A stretch of DNA of 63,981 nt, the filler included, from Octopus bimaculoides (lineage: Eukaryota): the NCBI RefSeq assembly GCF_001194135.2. It is 4 parts of 3 records of this genome, joined end to end, with 100 filler letters (N's around TTAATTAATTAA, not from the genome) between each part and the next. Parts side by side here need not be neighbours in the genome. Positions count along the whole stretch, not along the records: positions 16,306 to 38,689 come from NC_068988.1; positions 38,790 to 61,716 come from NC_068992.1; 2 more parts are not named here. The stretch is one strand, 5' to 3'. Within the stretch, counting starts at the first letter, position 1. Each line of letters begins with the position of its first letter. The position numbers were made by a program, and so were the translations under genes. The notes beneath the pieces were generated by a model. The model worked only from the letters and a program-made list of their open reading frames with translations, was not told the origin of the DNA and did not search any database. This document shows positions 24,931 to 39,808 of the stretch, piece after piece.

Positions 24931-26649
24931 ATTTACAAAGATCCAAAAATATCGTAACAAATCATCAACCAAATTAAATAAAATTGTTATAGTGCACATA
25001 GGATTTTCGCACTTATTCCACATTAAAGGAGAATTTACTCCGGCACATATATATGATACAGTACAAATGCATAAACAAAATAAGCCAATCAGGCGTATTA
25101 CATGTCAAAGTAAAGATACCTAGATATAGAAAACGCCTAAGAAATAACTGTCATTTATGTCATTGTTACAGCTCTTATGGTTGACGTGCAACATCTCACC
25201 ACCACCGAAGCAACCTTTACCACCTATACTACCACTACCTACACCACCACCATCTAAGCTACACCACCACCATCACCTAGCTTACACCACAATCTACACC
25301 AACACTACCACCATTTTTCCAGTTGTCGCCGCTAATGAGGGCCATCCTTACGTCTTTTACCGTAACTATGACGTTGTGCATCTTTGTTGATTACAAAGAA
25401 GAATACAGTGATTGAGTACATCAGCCTAGTGGGTTAAGTCGATATAAACTACACTGCTATAAGAAACTGGTTTTTGGGTATGGTAGGTAAAATATCCAAC
25501 GTTTCTGATTAGCCCGTTCATCGGAAAAGAGATCTATAAAACAACTGTTGATGTTCTTTCATCGTAGTGTATATTTATTTGCTATTTAATTAATTTGCAG
25601 AAAAGAACAATGTCCCTAGCCTTCATAAGCCCTCCAGCGCCGGTGAAACAGATGATGTTAATGTTCGGCTTAAGCTTTTGCTACTCAAACATGTTGGAAA
25701 GAAATGAGCCTGGAAGAAACTGCAGCAGAGATAAAGGAATAAGTATAGGGGTTTAGTTCAGTGTCTAGGAGTACTGACATCAATATGGTAATATGAGAGC
25801 CGCGAGGAGGAAATATGCGAGGAAGGTTGAGAATACCACTGCAGAGGTGACGGCGGTAATGAAAAATAGAGGTCTATGCATAGTTGCTGCTCACATTATT
25901 CTTACAGCTACTGTAATTTGTATTGAGGGCTTATAATAAACATGGGCACAGCACCTTATACACGAGTGCCAGCAAGTAAAAAAGGAAATGTTGAATATCT
26001 GTCTTCCAGCTGCTAATAATACGATCACCTCCTTATTCCTAACGCTAACACCATTGTAAAAAACACTACCAATATCATATGTCTTGTGAATCTTAATACG
26101 GCTACCATTCCACTCAGACCACAACTATGATTATAGAAATCCACTAATGCTAATAACATACTATCAGTTTCACCACTATCAAAACTACCGCAGTAACTCC
26201 ATCACCTCTGTGACCATCATGCTACTACACGAACATCTACCTAACAGCCACCACCACTACCACTACTTCTGTCATATTTCCTACCATAATCAACACCACT
26301 ACTCAACACCCTGCCTTCATCCCTACCATACCACCCTAAACGGAGCAACTAACATTTGTCATGTCATCGCTATCACACCCATCAAAACAATTGCCCTTAT
26401 TACTACACTTATTATCCTGTCACTAGTAATAGGGCTGTAGTTCAACACCGCGTTAGCCCTGGTATTATTTGATGCGCAAGACAAAGGATTCTTTACACAG
26501 TATATTGAACTGTTAGAAACAAATAACAAAATACACCCTCCCCGCAAAACAGCACAAGTGCAGCCATTTTTTAAAGGTCTAGACTTACACACACACACAT
26601 ACACATGTACCTTCATGCTTATATAGAGATATAAATATACACAAGCACA

Positions 26650-26689
<40 letters not shown>

Positions 26690-27797
26690 CAGAAACGCAC
26701 ACATATGCAATATGATGGATATGAATGGAATGATCGATCACAAAGTTTTAGTCTTTCAGTCATCCAATCATTAAATTAACAGAGGCAAGTGGCTGAGTAT
26801 TCGAAAGACCCATAGCATAAGCCCCAGGCAGAATGAGCATTCCAATGCTTGTGACAAGCCTTATCTTTAAATTACAGCAGCAATCCATCAGACGGGCTTC
26901 TATACAGTTCCTCTCAACCGAATTTCATTTCATTTATAATTCATGGATCAAGACAAGCTATAGAAAATAAAATTTGTGCAAGCGTTGCATAGAGACCAAA
27001 CCTAGGACCTAGTAGTTGAGAAGTTCTTAACACCACGCGCGCGCGCGCACGTGAAAACAGATACACGCACGCACGCACAGAAGCACACATATACACATGC
27101 CTCCGAAAAGGGGTTTGCCCATACTTTGAGCATGTTGGGATCAGAGATTTGCTCAGTCATGGTTAGCCTGAGGCTAAACAGCCAAACAATGATAGTAATA
27201 ACAATTCTTTCTGCCGCTCTTAGTAGTAACGTATAAGCTGGTGAGAGAAAAGAAAGAGAAATGAAAGGAGACTAGGCTATGTCTGACTCATTGAAACTAT
27301 CTAACTAATTAAATAATGGTGTTATTGTATTCTTTATTCTTATTTTCTCATTCTTTTACTGTTTTTAGTCATTGGTTTGAGACCATACTGGGTCATTGTT
27401 TCTGAAGCCGATAACATCTAGTTTTGAAAAGTTTAACTTTATTTTCTTCTGTGCCAAAAAGTTAAGATAGAAGACAAAATTTCCTTCACTACAAACGTGT
27501 ATGTAGATATGCATGCAGATAAACATTTTTTTATATATATTCATGCAGATAAACATGAAATTTATGTGTGTATGTGTTTGTGTGTTTGTGTGTGGGAGTG
27601 TGGGGTGTGTGTGTAAACGCGTACGTGTTATTAGTAGATATATGTATACGAGCATACAAAAAAAAGAAGACGCCCACATCTATACACGTATGCAGAATGT
27701 TTAGTTGCATACAAGTCTCTATACACGCACGTATATACATATAGTTATAAATATATATATACATGCATTCACATCCATATATATATATACATAGGCG

Positions 27798-27832
<35 letters not shown>

Positions 27833-29691
27833 NNNNNNNNNNNNNNNNNNNNNNNNNNNNNNNNNNNNNNNNNNNNNNNNNNNNNNNNNNNNNNNNNNNN
27901 NNNNNNNNNNNNNNNNNNNNNNNNNNNNNNNNNNNNNNNNNNNNNNNNNNNNNNNNNNNNNNNNNNNNNNNNNNNNNNNNNNNNNNNNNNNNNNNNNNNN
28001 NNNNNNNNNNNNNNNNNNNNNNNNNNNNNNNNNNNNNNNNNNNNNNNNNNNNNNNNNNNNNNNNNNNNNNNNNNNNNNNNNNNNNNNNNNNNNNNNNNNN
28101 NNNNNNNNNNNNNNNNNNNNNNNNNNNNNNNNNNNNNNNNNNNNNNNNNNNNNNNNNNNNNNNNNNNNNNNNNNNNNNNNNNNNNNNNNNNNNNNNNNNN
28201 NNNNNNNNNNNNNNNNNNNNNNNNNNNNNNNNNNNNNNNNNNNNNNNNNNNNNNNNNNTATACATATATACACTGATGAATTAATATGTATGTTGTTTAT
28301 GTGCTTATGTGTACGTTTGTGTATATGTAACAAACAGACAAAGAATTAAAAAAACACAATACGTAAGATAAGTGTACTCCAATAAGACGGTTTGCCCTGA
28401 AAACTAAAGAGTCGATTGAAAAAGCAGCACGATAAGTAGGGACGGGAAGAGAGGGAAGAAAAAATGTGGAAAGCTAATTCGATGTTATATAAGTTATCAG
28501 ACAGAGAAAACATTAGCGGCCACTAACGAAGTAATTAACAATGTGATTAACAGTGCAGAAAACTAATCAAGAATAGTTGCCTTTATGCTCAACTTATAAC
28601 GAGATGATAATGCTTCGTAAACATTAAATGGACGAGAGTTGAGGAAGAAATAGGACGTGGTGTAATGATATAATTAATAATAACAATAATAATAATAATA
28701 ATAATTATAATAATGATAATAATAATAATAATAATAATAATAAAACAATAGCAATGAGAACAAAAGAGAACAATCAAAATAAAAACAAGAAAAGGTTTGA
28801 ATAAGAATGAGGAAAAGAGTGAAAGAATAAGGATTGAAAAATAAGAGAGAAGAAAAGCACTATCAACATTAAGAAGACGAACATGACTAGCAATAACAGC
28901 AAATACAACAGCAATGTAAATAACGAAAAGAAGATGACGAAGAATAAATAATCAATACCTAAGTAACACAAAGAAAAGAAGAAAGACCGTAATAAAAATG
29001 TTAGTTAAATAATCACAGCTATAAATGCATTTGGGTTGTTTTAGATGCTTGCAAAGAATAGGATCTGAATATAAAACGTAAAATATAAGAAGAGTTGAAG
29101 GCTGGGTGGATGGCGGCAATAATTGTTTCAAAAGAGTCTTTGAGTAAACGTCATTGTCTTTATAATTATTGTTCTTGTTTGCTGTTGTTGTTGTTGTTCT
29201 TCTTGTTCTTCTTCTTCTTCTTAGCTGTTATTGCTAGTGGTGATAGTGACGTAGGTGGGTTTTGTTGGTGTTGGAAGAAGAAAAACAAAATAATTAAATA
29301 ATAAGATAAAAATAACACTCCCCGCCATTCTTATCTACGGATAGCATAGAAGTTTTTACTGTGCTGCTCTTGAACCAGATGAAAGAAAACGAAAACCGTC
29401 TCAGAGATAAAAGTTTCTGGATGACATGTAATAATAGATAGACATGTACGTTATCTCGCATTTGAACATGGAGAAGACATAAGTTTAGTACAGAAGGCGA
29501 AAAGAAGATTCATGAGAAATGAAGACATGTTCGATTCGCCACAAGGGCATTATGTACATGTTTGTTAGTTCTAGCAGTGATAACAGAAGATACCACTGTG
29601 AATGAGAGTGCCGACTTTCTCTCCTATAAGTATGCTACAAACATTTATTATTCTCATTATTATAATTATTATTATCATTGTTGTTGTTATT

Positions 29692-29729
<38 letters not shown>

Positions 29730-29795
29730 TATTATTATTATTATTATTATTTTATGTTTGACTTTTGTTTTGCATTTGTACAAGTTGGATCCAAG

Positions 29796-29853
<58 letters not shown>

Positions 29854-29867
29854 CGTTATTATTATTG

Positions 29868-30410
29868 AATGTGAGAGCAATGCATGTCATCAAAGTGACA
29901 CTGGGGTAAAATATACGAAGCCCATTATACCCATCATGACGACCCGTCTGATAAGGGTACACCAGGCACATGCATCACAACCATATATGCGCGACATGGT
30001 GATCCCATATCAAGATAAACATCGCATGACCTCGCAGGTGTGGCTCAGTTAGAAATTTCTTCAGGTCGAGTAGCCCATCCCGCTCAAAAGGTCCTTCAAT
30101 AAGGTTCGTTAAGGGATGCTGTGCAAAACACGCATGTTTCCAAAGGTGAATCATTCAAACCCCAAAGAATACCTCTCAACCCATGGCTATAATGCTCCCC
30201 CACTACTTCTGCTCGTGATCAGAGATGCACATATCGTCAGCCACCAAGGGACATGCTCAACTGGTTAAGGTCAAACAACTGACAAGCAAATCTGTGGCAT
30301 TAAGCAAAATATTTGCTATAGCCCATCTTTTTATACCAAGACAAAACAATGTACATGATAACACTTCCAATCAATTAAGATCAGAAGCCATGAAGCCACT
30401 GCCTGGTACT
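29868..30410 (-). mobile_element. ~540-bp non-coding interspersed element ending in (AAT)n
   Basis: Ends in a long (AAT)n on the minus strand. A partial copy in the opposite orientation is at ~6030-6195 (GCAAATATTCTGCTCAA...CATCTCTGATCATGAGCAGA...). Confidence 0.6.
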
Positions 30411-30411
30411 A

Positions 30412-30826
30412 CATTATTCAGTAGTCTTATTTTTATAACGTGCTTTCAATGCACTACCGAGCGCAGCTCTGTGTGGCTTGGGTATGTGCTGTGGTTTGCT
30501 GTGATGCTCTTATGGTTACTGTATTGAGTGTGTTTTACGTAGGATGTGTGCAGTGTCTAGTAGTGCTCTTTTCTGTATGTTATATATATTTGTTAGTCCT
30601 GGTGTTTTTGCTACGCAGTTGTTTGAATATTTTTTTTTATCATACCTAATGCGCCTACTATAATAGGAATTGTTTCTGTTTTAGATTTCACATTCGAGTT
30701 ACCTCTATTTCCAGGTGTTTGTAGTTTGAAGGTTTCTCCATTTCTTGTAGAGAAATGTTGGCTTTGATACATCCATTAGAAAGAAATTTTTTCTTCATGA
30801 TTTCTGACAACTATATCTGGCATTGT
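30412..30826 (-). mobile_element. RLE-type non-LTR retrotransposon (R4/Dong-like), 5'-truncated 3' end
   Basis: Frameshifted translation PDIVVRNHEEK..LMDVSKP ... TETIPIIVGALGMIKK ... stop at 30516-30518. This matches the PD-(D/E)xK restriction-like endonuclease C-terminus. A 3' UTR ending in AATAAT follows. Confidence 0.7.
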
Positions 30827-30833
30827 CATTATT

Positions 30834-30864
<31 letters not shown>

Positions 30865-30876
30865 TTGTTGTTGTTC

Positions 30877-30914
<38 letters not shown>

Positions 30915-33175
30915 CAGCTGAATGATTAGAGTATCTGATAAAACGTTCCTGTGTTCACGTTAGTTCTTCAAATCCTGACTGTTGAAATTGACATTTGATC
31001 ACTTCGAGATCAGTTACAGTACTAGTCAGAAACTGGAAGTCGATTTAATCATGTAATTACTCTGATTGCCTGTAGACTGCGCACATTAATATCTGTAATT
31101 GCATAAAAATACATAGATCATATTCATCCATCGGAGTGACGAGCACCCTCTAGTCATCCAAAGTAACTAATGACCTGCGCGGTGACTATTTTTACAATGA
31201 AAACGTGTTGTACACCATCAGCTTCACGTTGTCACCCGTGATCATCCTCAATCCAGTAGTAAAATCAGATCAAGACGGCTTCTGACGGAGCTGGATACAA
31301 AAATGAACGTGGTGATTTATTTGCTCATCTTCCTCTTCAAAATGCGTTGCTTCAGCCGTCTTACTCTATATTGTACCAAGATGGTTTCTTACGCAGTGTT
31401 CACTAAATCCAGTCATCACATGCATACGTAGGCAAGCCCTAATAGCTTATTAAAACTTGCCGGGACCCTGACATATACTTCTACTCCGGATTAGAGTATT
31501 AGAGGTGTTTTTACAACTCTTTTCCTCAAAACACTGGGTCTCTGAAAATAGGGCTCACCACCACTACTGGATGCAGTTTATACATACATACACAGGTACG
31601 TACATCAGACACACACAGACACATGCATACAAGCTCACACACAGACACGCACATAATTATGAACGCACACTCACTTTTAAAAGTATAAATGGACTAACCA
31701 CTCAGTACACGTAACAATTCGAATTGAAAGTTTTACAAACTCGGTACTGTGAGTTTCGTCATACTGCCCTGGTATTGTGTCAGTGGCGACATTGTAAATC
31801 TGCAATAAAGTTCTTAACATTTCGTAATGTACAATACTATCAAGATGCGAAGCAGAAATGAAGAACATGATATAATTGTCTCTGTATCATAACACGGTTT
31901 TAGATAAAGACATTTACTAAAGAAGCGCATTACCGAAATTATGTATGTATGTGTGTGTGTATGTATGTATGTATGTATCATGTATGTATGCATGTATGTA
32001 TGTATTATGTATGAATGTATCTATGTATGCATGTATGCATGTATGTATGTATGAGTGTATGCATGCATGTATGTATGTATGTATGTATACATTTAGATAT
32101 ATATATGTATGTAAATGTGTGTTTGGCGCGCACTGTTTGTATTTTCGCCTTGTCTTCTGGTTTAAACATGAGACATAATTTCACTCTCTCCTAATGCACG
32201 ACTTTTTTCCTCGTCCGAGGAAGTCATCAACACATTTCCGATGCCGTCGGAAACTCGGAGTAGCACTTGCGTAGAAATTACAATTTGTATGATTGAATAA
32301 GCTTCCTTATGCAAATTGAGTAACTCTTCATCATTTTATACTTACAAATGTGTGTTTCAATGTTTAAATATATGCATAAGTATGCAATGAAAGGTACTAA
32401 TATGGTTAGTCTTATACAAAATAAAACGATCATAACTATATTATATACTATGCAAATATACATCTCTATATTGTCACTGGAACTGGAAAATAAATATAAA
32501 TGTCCAGCAAACTGTAAAGGAAGAATATAAACACAATAAACAAACACACACTTCCTTTCAAATATCGAGACAGTTCTAAACAGTCTAAGTCGATTAAATC
32601 TTTGAAATTTCTCAAAGATTCTCTAAGTATAATTGCATTTCAGGTCTGGTAATCGTTTGATTCCATCAATGTTTGGAAAACAGGAATTTGGTTAAAAGAA
32701 TTTTCAAGTATTATTCTCTATTTATAGTTGTTGGATTCCTCTTTTATATTTCTATTTCTAGTGCGTTAATTTTGTTTTATTGTTTTCGTCAAAGCCCTTT
32801 ATTTTGCTTTAATGTTTGTTTTTAAATAATAATTGATTAATTTTAAAAAATAACAAAATTGACATTAAAAGAAAACTAGAAGTAAATAAATCCAAAACAT
32901 TACATTTTGAAGTATTGTGACAACGTTTGCATGATTTTCGTTCCATTTCGACTTCGTTGTTGATTCTTTCTTTGAAAGTCAAAAACAGTCTTTGTCCTAA
33001 TAGGTTTGTGAAGGTAATAATAAAAGGAAACAGAATTTCATGCTATTTCCGTGACTGATGTCCCAGTTTATAGAGGTATGTTTTTAGCACTTATAGAAGC
33101 ATATAAACACACACACACACACACACACAAACAAACAAACACACACACACACACACGTGCATGCACACACATGCG

Positions 33176-33207
<32 letters not shown>

Positions 33208-36200
33208 CAAACACACACATACACACACACACGCACACTACGCGTGTTTATATATATATGAGTAAGTGGTGTTCGTATGTATGTGTGCATGGGAAACAAA
33301 AATAAACTGCAACGAAACAACTTCAAGTGGCAATAAACATGTATTTAAGCGACAAAATGAACGACCCTATACTTAATACCATAGAAATTAAATTCGTGAT
33401 TTATTAAAGTTATTTTTACTTTCAGGTGTTGTAGAACAACTGCATTGTGGAAATTGAGATAAATTCTTAACGAGAGGCAATGCAAAATTCAGTAATTCTC
33501 AAAAAGTTGCATAACATTAAAGAAAAAACAAGTTAATTGTCTGGAGACTAGATGATAGGCGTTGACATGTTTCTGTCTCCACAGTGCAGCAGTTTTCTTA
33601 TCTTTTATCTAGCAGATGGGACGCTTAGACATATAGAAGAAAGAGGAGAGCGGATATTATTTCTAGATTATTTACATAAACAAAATGATATTATTCTAGG
33701 TGAACTAAATCAGCTCTTATTTGGACTTGTTCATAACTGCTAATAAGCAATTTGTTTACTACTCATGGATGGGAAGATAATTTCAGGAAATCAATAACAT
33801 ATTGTGTTATATGATATTTAATATATCCTCTTTTATCTTTGTTGTGAAAATACAAGCGACTGGCCACTCTTGAGAATTTGTATCAGTACAATGCTAAAAT
33901 TCTTAATCATTTTCACGTCTAAGATTCTAAGCATGAAATGACAAACTTTTCCAGTGAAGGTGTTCTCAGACGTACTGCGGCTTCCTGCTTATTTGCTAAG
34001 ATAATGGAACTAGATATACGCAGTGATAGTGAAAAAAGACAATCTGTATTCTAAGATGATTATATTCTCCAAGGAAACCTCTTTCTTATAAATATAGCTA
34101 GACACTAACAAAATATCCACTCAGTCTGAAGGAATATAAGATGAAACCATTAGTCTCTGGTATACACTGATCTTTAATTCAATGTGTATTTACATATTAT
34201 ACATATACATAAGTACACACACACATATAGACACATAGACACAAGCACACACATATGTATATATGTATATACATATGCATACATCTACCGCATACACAGA
34301 TACATAATATATACTTAAATATACATATGTATATGTATATAAATATAAGTTGTTGTACTTGGGGATGGTCATATTGCCAGTTTAGCCAATAAATATACAT
34401 AAACATGTATTTATATTTATTATTCTGAAACAAGATTAGTGACAGTGACTTCGAAGTTTCGGTCAACTAACTTATCGCATGACTGTGATGAATCGAAGTT
34501 AATATTGACTCTATATAATCTCTGTTGAGTTAAAGCCTTCCTTGGGTATGTGAATTTGATTCGAGTGGTAATTAGGTTATAGGGGGTGTTGTGATAGAGA
34601 AGTATTTTGTAGAAATTGTTATAGATTAAATTTATCAACAAATATCGTATATATTACTACGGTAACCGTAAACATAACACCATCTACATATATAGAATCA
34701 ACAGGAAATCAGTTCAAGATACGATATAACCACCACACGTGCACATTTCGTAACACAAGCAAGAAAAAGATATATCGCTATACATACTAATATAGATATG
34801 AATATAAAAAAAATAATCCGTTTAGCATCAAATTGAAAATAATCGCGCACGCACAACCATACCAAGGTAACAAGAAAGCATGCCATCTTATAGGCCAATG
34901 AAACCTGGAGAGAAACATACAGACCAACAACCTTAACACTTACCCACATCCTCTTGTTAACACCATTCACAAGTTAAACAAATTTCTATACTAACAATAC
35001 CATGATATGCCAGACTACTAACCCCAACTAATAACACCCAAATTCCAAATACAAACAGAAAATTCGCTAAAAACAACAAGCTAAGAAGTTGACAAGTTAA
35101 AACATATTAACTACCTACATACTTTATTAATCCTTAGAAAATTCCATTGCAAATAAGGTGATACACCCAATTAGTAAGTGTTTATATACTGAAATAAATT
35201 ATGAGTCTTATCTTTACGTTGTCAAAGCAATGGATTAAATCCAGTTGAATTTTTCCTATATATATATTCATGAATTTTATATCAGCTTTCAAAATTGGCG
35301 TTTTGGATAAATTGTTGAATTTCGATTTCGACTTAGAATCACTGCTGTCCTAAATAGGTTCCATAATCTATCCAAAAGTAACTAAATGTACTGGCACATT
35401 CTAAACCACTAAAAGACAATCCCAAGATTTGAAGGGGATACACCTTAATATACATAATTGCCTACTCTTCAGGTCAAATTGACTGATTTGGGGATTAAAA
35501 TCATTTCCCTGTTCTAATGAACTTGGATAGAATTTGCTTATGATTTTATATAGTCCTATTTCAGCCATGAAACGCGCGTAGTCTATGTACTAGCACTGAG
35601 TTTTATACATTTATACTTTTACACATTATACTATTGTATTAATTTTTACTGTCCTATTTATAATTTATTTGATTTTTAAATTAATATTTTTATGATGAAT
35701 GTTTCTTTATATGATATATTATATATTATTAAAATTATAAAAATTTTAGATTAAAATCTAAGATAAATATTGATATGGTATATGTCTCACAATATGGTTT
35801 TGGACGGGTTCTTCGTTGACTGAGTTGTAGAGTGGTGGTTCGTCTCTAAATATATACATATATATTATATATTACGAAACCCGGTGTAGTATTATACCGA
35901 TTTTTACCTGTAAGGTTGGAATAAGTTTTTATTCCCTAATNNNNNNNNNNTACATAATTATATACACATATATATACATGCATACAAGGGTGTGTACGAT
36001 TGTGTATGGAAGAATATATTAATCAAAGGAATTCCAACTTTGATTTTTCACGTTTTATTTACAATCTTATAATAATATAATATAAACTAATATAATACAT
36101 TGAAATTATAGAATATTAAATGTCCACTGTGATTGAACTAGTACTTTCATTTATTAAGCTATGCAATCTTCTGGTTCATGTAGTAGTGGTGGTAACAGTT

Positions 36201-37899
36201 ATGTTTTACAGTTTACAACAGTCTGGTTTTAAATTGTAAGACATAACGTAGACACACCACCATCGGATGTGAAGTGATGTTGGGGGACAAACACAAACAC
36301 AGACGCACACACACACACACACACACGACTGGCTTCTTTCAGTTTCCGTCTACCAAATCCGTCTATATGAACCTGGAGATTGCATATTTTAAGGCAATCA
36401 AAATGGAAATTTAATATTCTACCATTACATTATATTATATTATATTATATTATATTATATTATATTATATTATATCATTTATAACATTGTAAATACAACG
36501 TGAAAATCAAAGTGGAATCCCTTTGAGATATATATATACATGAATATTATATCAGCTTTCCAAGTTGGTATGTATTGGATAAGTTGTTAAATTCTGCGTC
36601 AGTTCCGATTTCGACATAGAAACATTACTCTCCTAAATAAGTTGTAAGACGACGTCTAGCTTGCACATTCCACTTTTAACATGGTTATATAGATGAACTG
36701 ACACATTTTAGGGCGCATTGGGTGCAGTTTAACATGCTATCATCAGAGAAGTGGCTATCATGTTCTTGGACGCAGTATAGGATACTCCTGAACCCATAAA
36801 TTAACTCTTTCTTACTACGTTCACTGAGTAAGCATGTTGATGTACGAATATTCTTGTCTCTTACAAATCTTAATTATGCAGCTATAAGAAGAGATATATT
36901 CAGTTACCTATCCTGACTGTTCAAAATATCCGTAGCCGATTAGAATTATTGATGTACAAGCCTAGTATAATGTGTTATATTCACGTGTCCATAATTTATC
37001 CATGCTTCCATAATCTATCCACACTTGAATGCATAGTTTACTGTCTCTCAGCAAGTGTACATTAATTGTGGGTTGTAAAATGGTAATATTGCTGAGTATA
37101 AAAGTACATAGGAAAGAAACGGTATTTATCGAGAGACAATATTGAGTAAATATATGGAGAAATAATATTTGTGTGTATGTATGTTCATGGTTATGCATAT
37201 TATATATGTCTAAGCGTTTATATGCATCTATGTATAAATATACATGAAAGATATAACTTATGATTGAATACACATACACGCACATTAATGAAAATGCATT
37301 TATGAACGACTATTTGCATAGCTATACGCACGCGCATATATAAATGTGTATGTGTGCATGTCTGTGTTTAAATGAGAGCGCCCGCACATATACACAGCGG
37401 CATTGAACAAATTTTTACAATTTCTACAGACACATGTGTATACATGTTCCTCTGTGTAACTCTATTATCGGATTTACACCTTGTGTTATTTTGACAGAGC
37501 TCATTATCATGCAACTCAGATATATTCTAGCTAAAACATTGCTGCAACAATATTCACAGAATAAATATTTGCTCTTCAAATTTTTTCCTTGTTCAATTTT
37601 TTCTTCTTTAGTGTTGATCCCCCTCCACTATTCACATCTTATATCTTTCCTTCTTTCCTTCGCCTTTAATAAGTTCTCTAGTAATTGCATGTTTTCACTT
37701 ACGGTTTGAACTATTGCTTATGACAGACCTTAACATTTGCCCTTTCAAATCCCCATCTATTTTCACTTTCTGCTTAATATTTACTCATTTCTATTTGTTA
37801 ACTTGTAGTTGTTATTTACTTTCACTTCTGAGGATGTCATCTCCTGCAGGATGGCTATTTATTTTATTCTCTTGTAGTTATTTGAATATTTTGTTTGTC

Positions 37900-37976
<77 letters not shown>

Positions 37977-38733
37977 CTATTTTGATCTTTATCTTTCCTT
38001 GTTTTTAAACCTCCAGGGGTTATGGTAGAAAATATTGGTGCCCTTTCATTTTAGTTACCAAAATATTTTTTTATGCTGTGGACTGCTATGCAATAGTGAA
38101 ATAGGGAAAAACTCAGACATCAACACAAATTTGTCAAATACACAGATGCACGCATACGCACAAACATACATATACAAAATTACACAGACTTTTTAGATGA
38201 ATATATTTGCATAAGCATAAATCCATGCATGTATCAATATATGTTCATTACATGTGTAAACATGCATTTTCACATACACAAGTGAGTGCATACATACATG
38301 CATACATACATACATGCATAGAAACATGCATACATACATACATATACACGCATACATGCATAAGTATAGTCTTAATGTACTTGTCAAACACAACGCTCTC
38401 AGTATTCACTCAGGTACACACACACACACATTATTACATACAATTTGACGCACATACGGACAGCGAGAATCACATTTTACAAACCATGTATTGCATTCTG
38501 GGACATGATTTTCTAACACTTGTATGTAACGTAAACATTTTAATGTCTGCTTATATAAACGCATATATATATGTGTATGATATATATATACATTCTTTGA
38601 ATGATTGAATCACTATGAGATCGCTCGATGATACAAGAAACGCATCCATCCTTCTTTCCATTAAATATATATATATATATATATATATANNNNNNNNNNN
38701 NNNNNNNNNNNNNNNNNNNNNNNNNNNNNNNNN

Positions 38734-38745
38734 TTAATTAATTAA
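38734..38745. other. Synthetic assembly spacer
   Basis: Same 44 N + TTAATTAATTAA + 44 N layout. Confidence 0.9.
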
Positions 38746-39712
38746 NNNNNNNNNNNNNNNNNNNNNNNNNNNNNNNNNNNNNNNNNNNNATATATAACTG
38801 TGTGTGTGTGTGTGTGTGTGTGTGTATTTCTTATGCTGCAAAGTATTTATAGTAAGCAAAAATTTGAATTGATATTTTTTGGCTGAAAAGTCAAAAGTTC
38901 CTAAACATGATAACATAGACATAAGAAATAATTTAATATTCGACTACCAGTACAATGTAATCACCTTTCTCTTTCTCTATCCCCATTTGTATCTATGAAT
39001 ATGGTGTACACACTCACACACACACACACACACACACACACAAATGGTAAGTGCTGACTCATCACAGAATATGAGCATGTTTTCTATATCATTCAACAGT
39101 TAACTCTATAACTTGTATTGGGTTCCCATTTGAACTTTGAGTCCTTTGATCTTTGACTAATATATATATATATATATACCACGATCATCAACATCGTCGT
39201 CATTTAACATCCACTTTGCATGCTGGCATGGGTTGGATGGTTTGACTGAGGACTGACAAGCCAGAAGGCTCCACCAGCCTCCAATCTGATCTGGCAAAGT
39301 TTCTACAGCTGAACGCCCTTCCTAATGCCAAACAATCTGAGAGTGTAGTGGGTGCTTTTACGTGCCACTAGCAAAAGAGCCAGTCAGGTGGTCCTGGCAA
39401 CGACCATGCTCAAAGGTGTATTTGCCACATACAAAAACTATCTTCCCAGCTAGGCTTCCTTTGATATTGCTTCNNNNNNNNNNNNNNNNNNNNNNNNNNN
39501 NNNNNNNNNNNNNNNNNNNNNNNNNNNNNNNNNNNNNNNNNNNNNNNNNNNNNNNNNNNNNNNNNNNNNNNNNNNNNNNNNNNNNNNNNNNNNNNNNNNN
39601 NNNNNNNNNNNNNNNNNNNNNNNNNNNNNNNNNNNNNNNNNNNNNNNNNNNNNNNNNNNNNNNNNNNNNNNNNNNNNNNNNNNNNNNNNNNNNNNNNNNN
39701 NNNNNNNNNNNN

Positions 39713-39805
<93 letters not shown>

Positions 39806-39808
39806 GAG
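39713..39808. repeat. (AG)n microsatellite at a gap edge
   Basis: Direct reading. Many other (TA)n, (CA)n, (TATG)n and (ATATT)n tracts occur, often at gap edges. Confidence 0.95.

Larger units (their letters stand above)
28672..30914. repeat. Cluster of trinucleotide microsatellites: (AAT)n, (TTG/TTC)n, (ATT)(CAT)(ATT)n, (GTT)n
   Basis: Direct reading: 28672-28745, ~29180-29220, 29644-29750, 29797-29866 and 30827-30914. Confidence 0.95.

Noticed and set aside
25891-26124. 77-aa ORF followed in frame by a hydrophobic stretch after a stop
   Set aside because: No family motif recognised, multiple stops, and it lies among decayed repeat-like sequence.
33426-33457. Strong plus-strand acceptor followed by (G)VVEQLHCGN*, a possible terminal exon
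   Set aside because: Too short to assign and no linking upstream exons found.
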